Positions 23,629-24,000 of a stretch of DNA of 24,000 nt are shown piece after piece (the stretch's first letter is position 1; every line of letters begins with the position of its first letter). The notes below the pieces were generated by a model that was not told where the DNA came from, did not search any database, and saw nothing but the letters and a program-made list of their open reading frames with translations. Both the position numbers and the translations under genes were made by a program. Source of the stretch: Citrobacter amalonaticus Y19 (lineage in GTDB: Bacteria > Pseudomonadota > Gammaproteobacteria > Enterobacterales > Enterobacteriaceae); contig NZ_CP011132.1 in NCBI RefSeq assembly GCF_000981805.1, positions 5,224,805 through 5,248,804 of the forward strand, in the 5' to 3' direction.

Positions 23629-23716
23629 GGGAATAGGTTAGCAACGGAAAGAAAAACGGCAGGCCAGCGTCTGTTTTCAGACGCGGTAAGACAGAATGTC
23701 GTACACACTGGACCAT
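23615..23716 (-). CDS. pyrL: pyrBI leader peptide PyrL, 33 aa (MVQCVRHSVLPRLKTDAGLPFFFPLLTYSQPLK)
   Basis: SD GGAGGAAG upstream. The N-terminus matches E. coli PyrL (MVQCVRHFVLPRLKKDAGLPFFFPL...). The stop TGA lies inside the attenuator hairpin. Confidence 0.85.
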   Translation of the reverse strand: MVQCVRHSVLPRLKTDAGLPFFFPLLTYSQPLK

Positions 23717-23728
23717 ACTTCCTCCCGG

Positions 23729-23769
23729 CAAATTGTCCGCGATTATACTCAGCTCCGTTTGCGGATCAA
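23729..23769 (-). promoter_or_regulatory. pyrLBI promoter with an AATTTG initially transcribed region
   Basis: Minus strand: TTGATC (-35, 23764-69), 16-nt spacer, TATAAT (23742-47), then CGCGGACAATTTGCC. The AATTTG (23729-34) is the T-tract known in E. coli for UTP-sensitive reiterative transcription. Confidence 0.65.
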
Positions 23770-23814
23770 GCAAATAATGCCATTTTTATTCAACGCAAAC
23801 GGTTTTAATGAATA

Positions 23815-24000
23815 TTAATTCATTTTTAGTAAGTAGTTAATCTGTTTGTGGACAAGGCCTGTCCGCTGCACAACCCGTGGGGCAACCCAGACAATACTGC
23901 TACCCGCGATCACTCCCAGGATCTCCGGCAGGGCATGATAATCGAGGATCCTGGCAACGGCGCGACCATAACCGGCGGCGGTATGGATAAGGATAAATTC
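23815..24000 (-). CDS. 3' end of a hypothetical CDS entering from the right window edge (...EFILIHTAAGYGRAVARILDYHALPEILGVIAGSSIVWVAPRVVQRTGLVHKQINYLLKMN*)
   Basis: Open minus-strand frame from position 24000 to a TAA at 23815-17 (61 codons). It has coding-like GC content, unlike the AT-rich spacer 23750-23830. It is not in the supplied track, presumably because it has no start codon in the window. I do not recognise the family. Confidence 0.35.
   Translation of the reverse strand, partial: EFILIHTAAGYGRAVARILDYHALPEILGVIAGSSIVWVAPRVVQRTGLVHKQINYLLKMN

Noticed and set aside
1-24000. CRISPR arrays, tRNA/rRNA genes, IS elements, integrases, and known defence-system signatures beyond the TA pair
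   Set aside because: I saw no regularly spaced repeats, cloverleaf-like sequences, transposase or recombinase-like ORFs, or long inverted terminal repeats on reading through. By-eye scanning cannot exclude short or degenerate elements.

Overview
This is a chromosomal segment of an enterobacterium. The core genes (nrdDG, treRBC, mgtL-mgtA, ridA, pyrLBI) have E. coli/Salmonella/Citrobacter-type sequence and order. Two accessory blocks interrupt this core.

(1) Positions ~1-7150 hold a tightly packed, same-strand cluster. It encodes a glycine-rich 'SFCGS' protein, a small soluble protein and two polytopic membrane proteins, all of unknown function. These are followed by a metallo-amidohydrolase, a SelA/DgaE-like PLP enzyme, a DgaF-like KDGP aldolase and a 636-aa HTH/PRD/EIIB/EIIA-domain regulator. 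This looks like a PTS-regulated catabolic locus with no recognisable canonical transporter, and it is my best candidate for an undescribed system. A relBE-type toxin-antitoxin pair follows it. The toxin is disrupted by a 7-bp tandem duplication.

(2) Positions 18784-21649 hold a TRAP transporter operon (DctP/Q/M-type) between mgtA and ridA, with no regulator or enzyme genes nearby.

Other signals:
- an ERIC element plus a REP/BIME pair between nrdG and nrdD
- two perfect DnaA-box 9-mers in the nrdD leader
- an nrdDG promoter with FNR half-sites and NrdR boxes at 31-bp spacing
- the mgtA PhoP box, mgtL and Mg2+-sensing leader
- the pyrL attenuator

I saw no rRNA, tRNA, CRISPR array, IS element or integrase. 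All family names come from my own recognition of the translated sequences, not from a database search.
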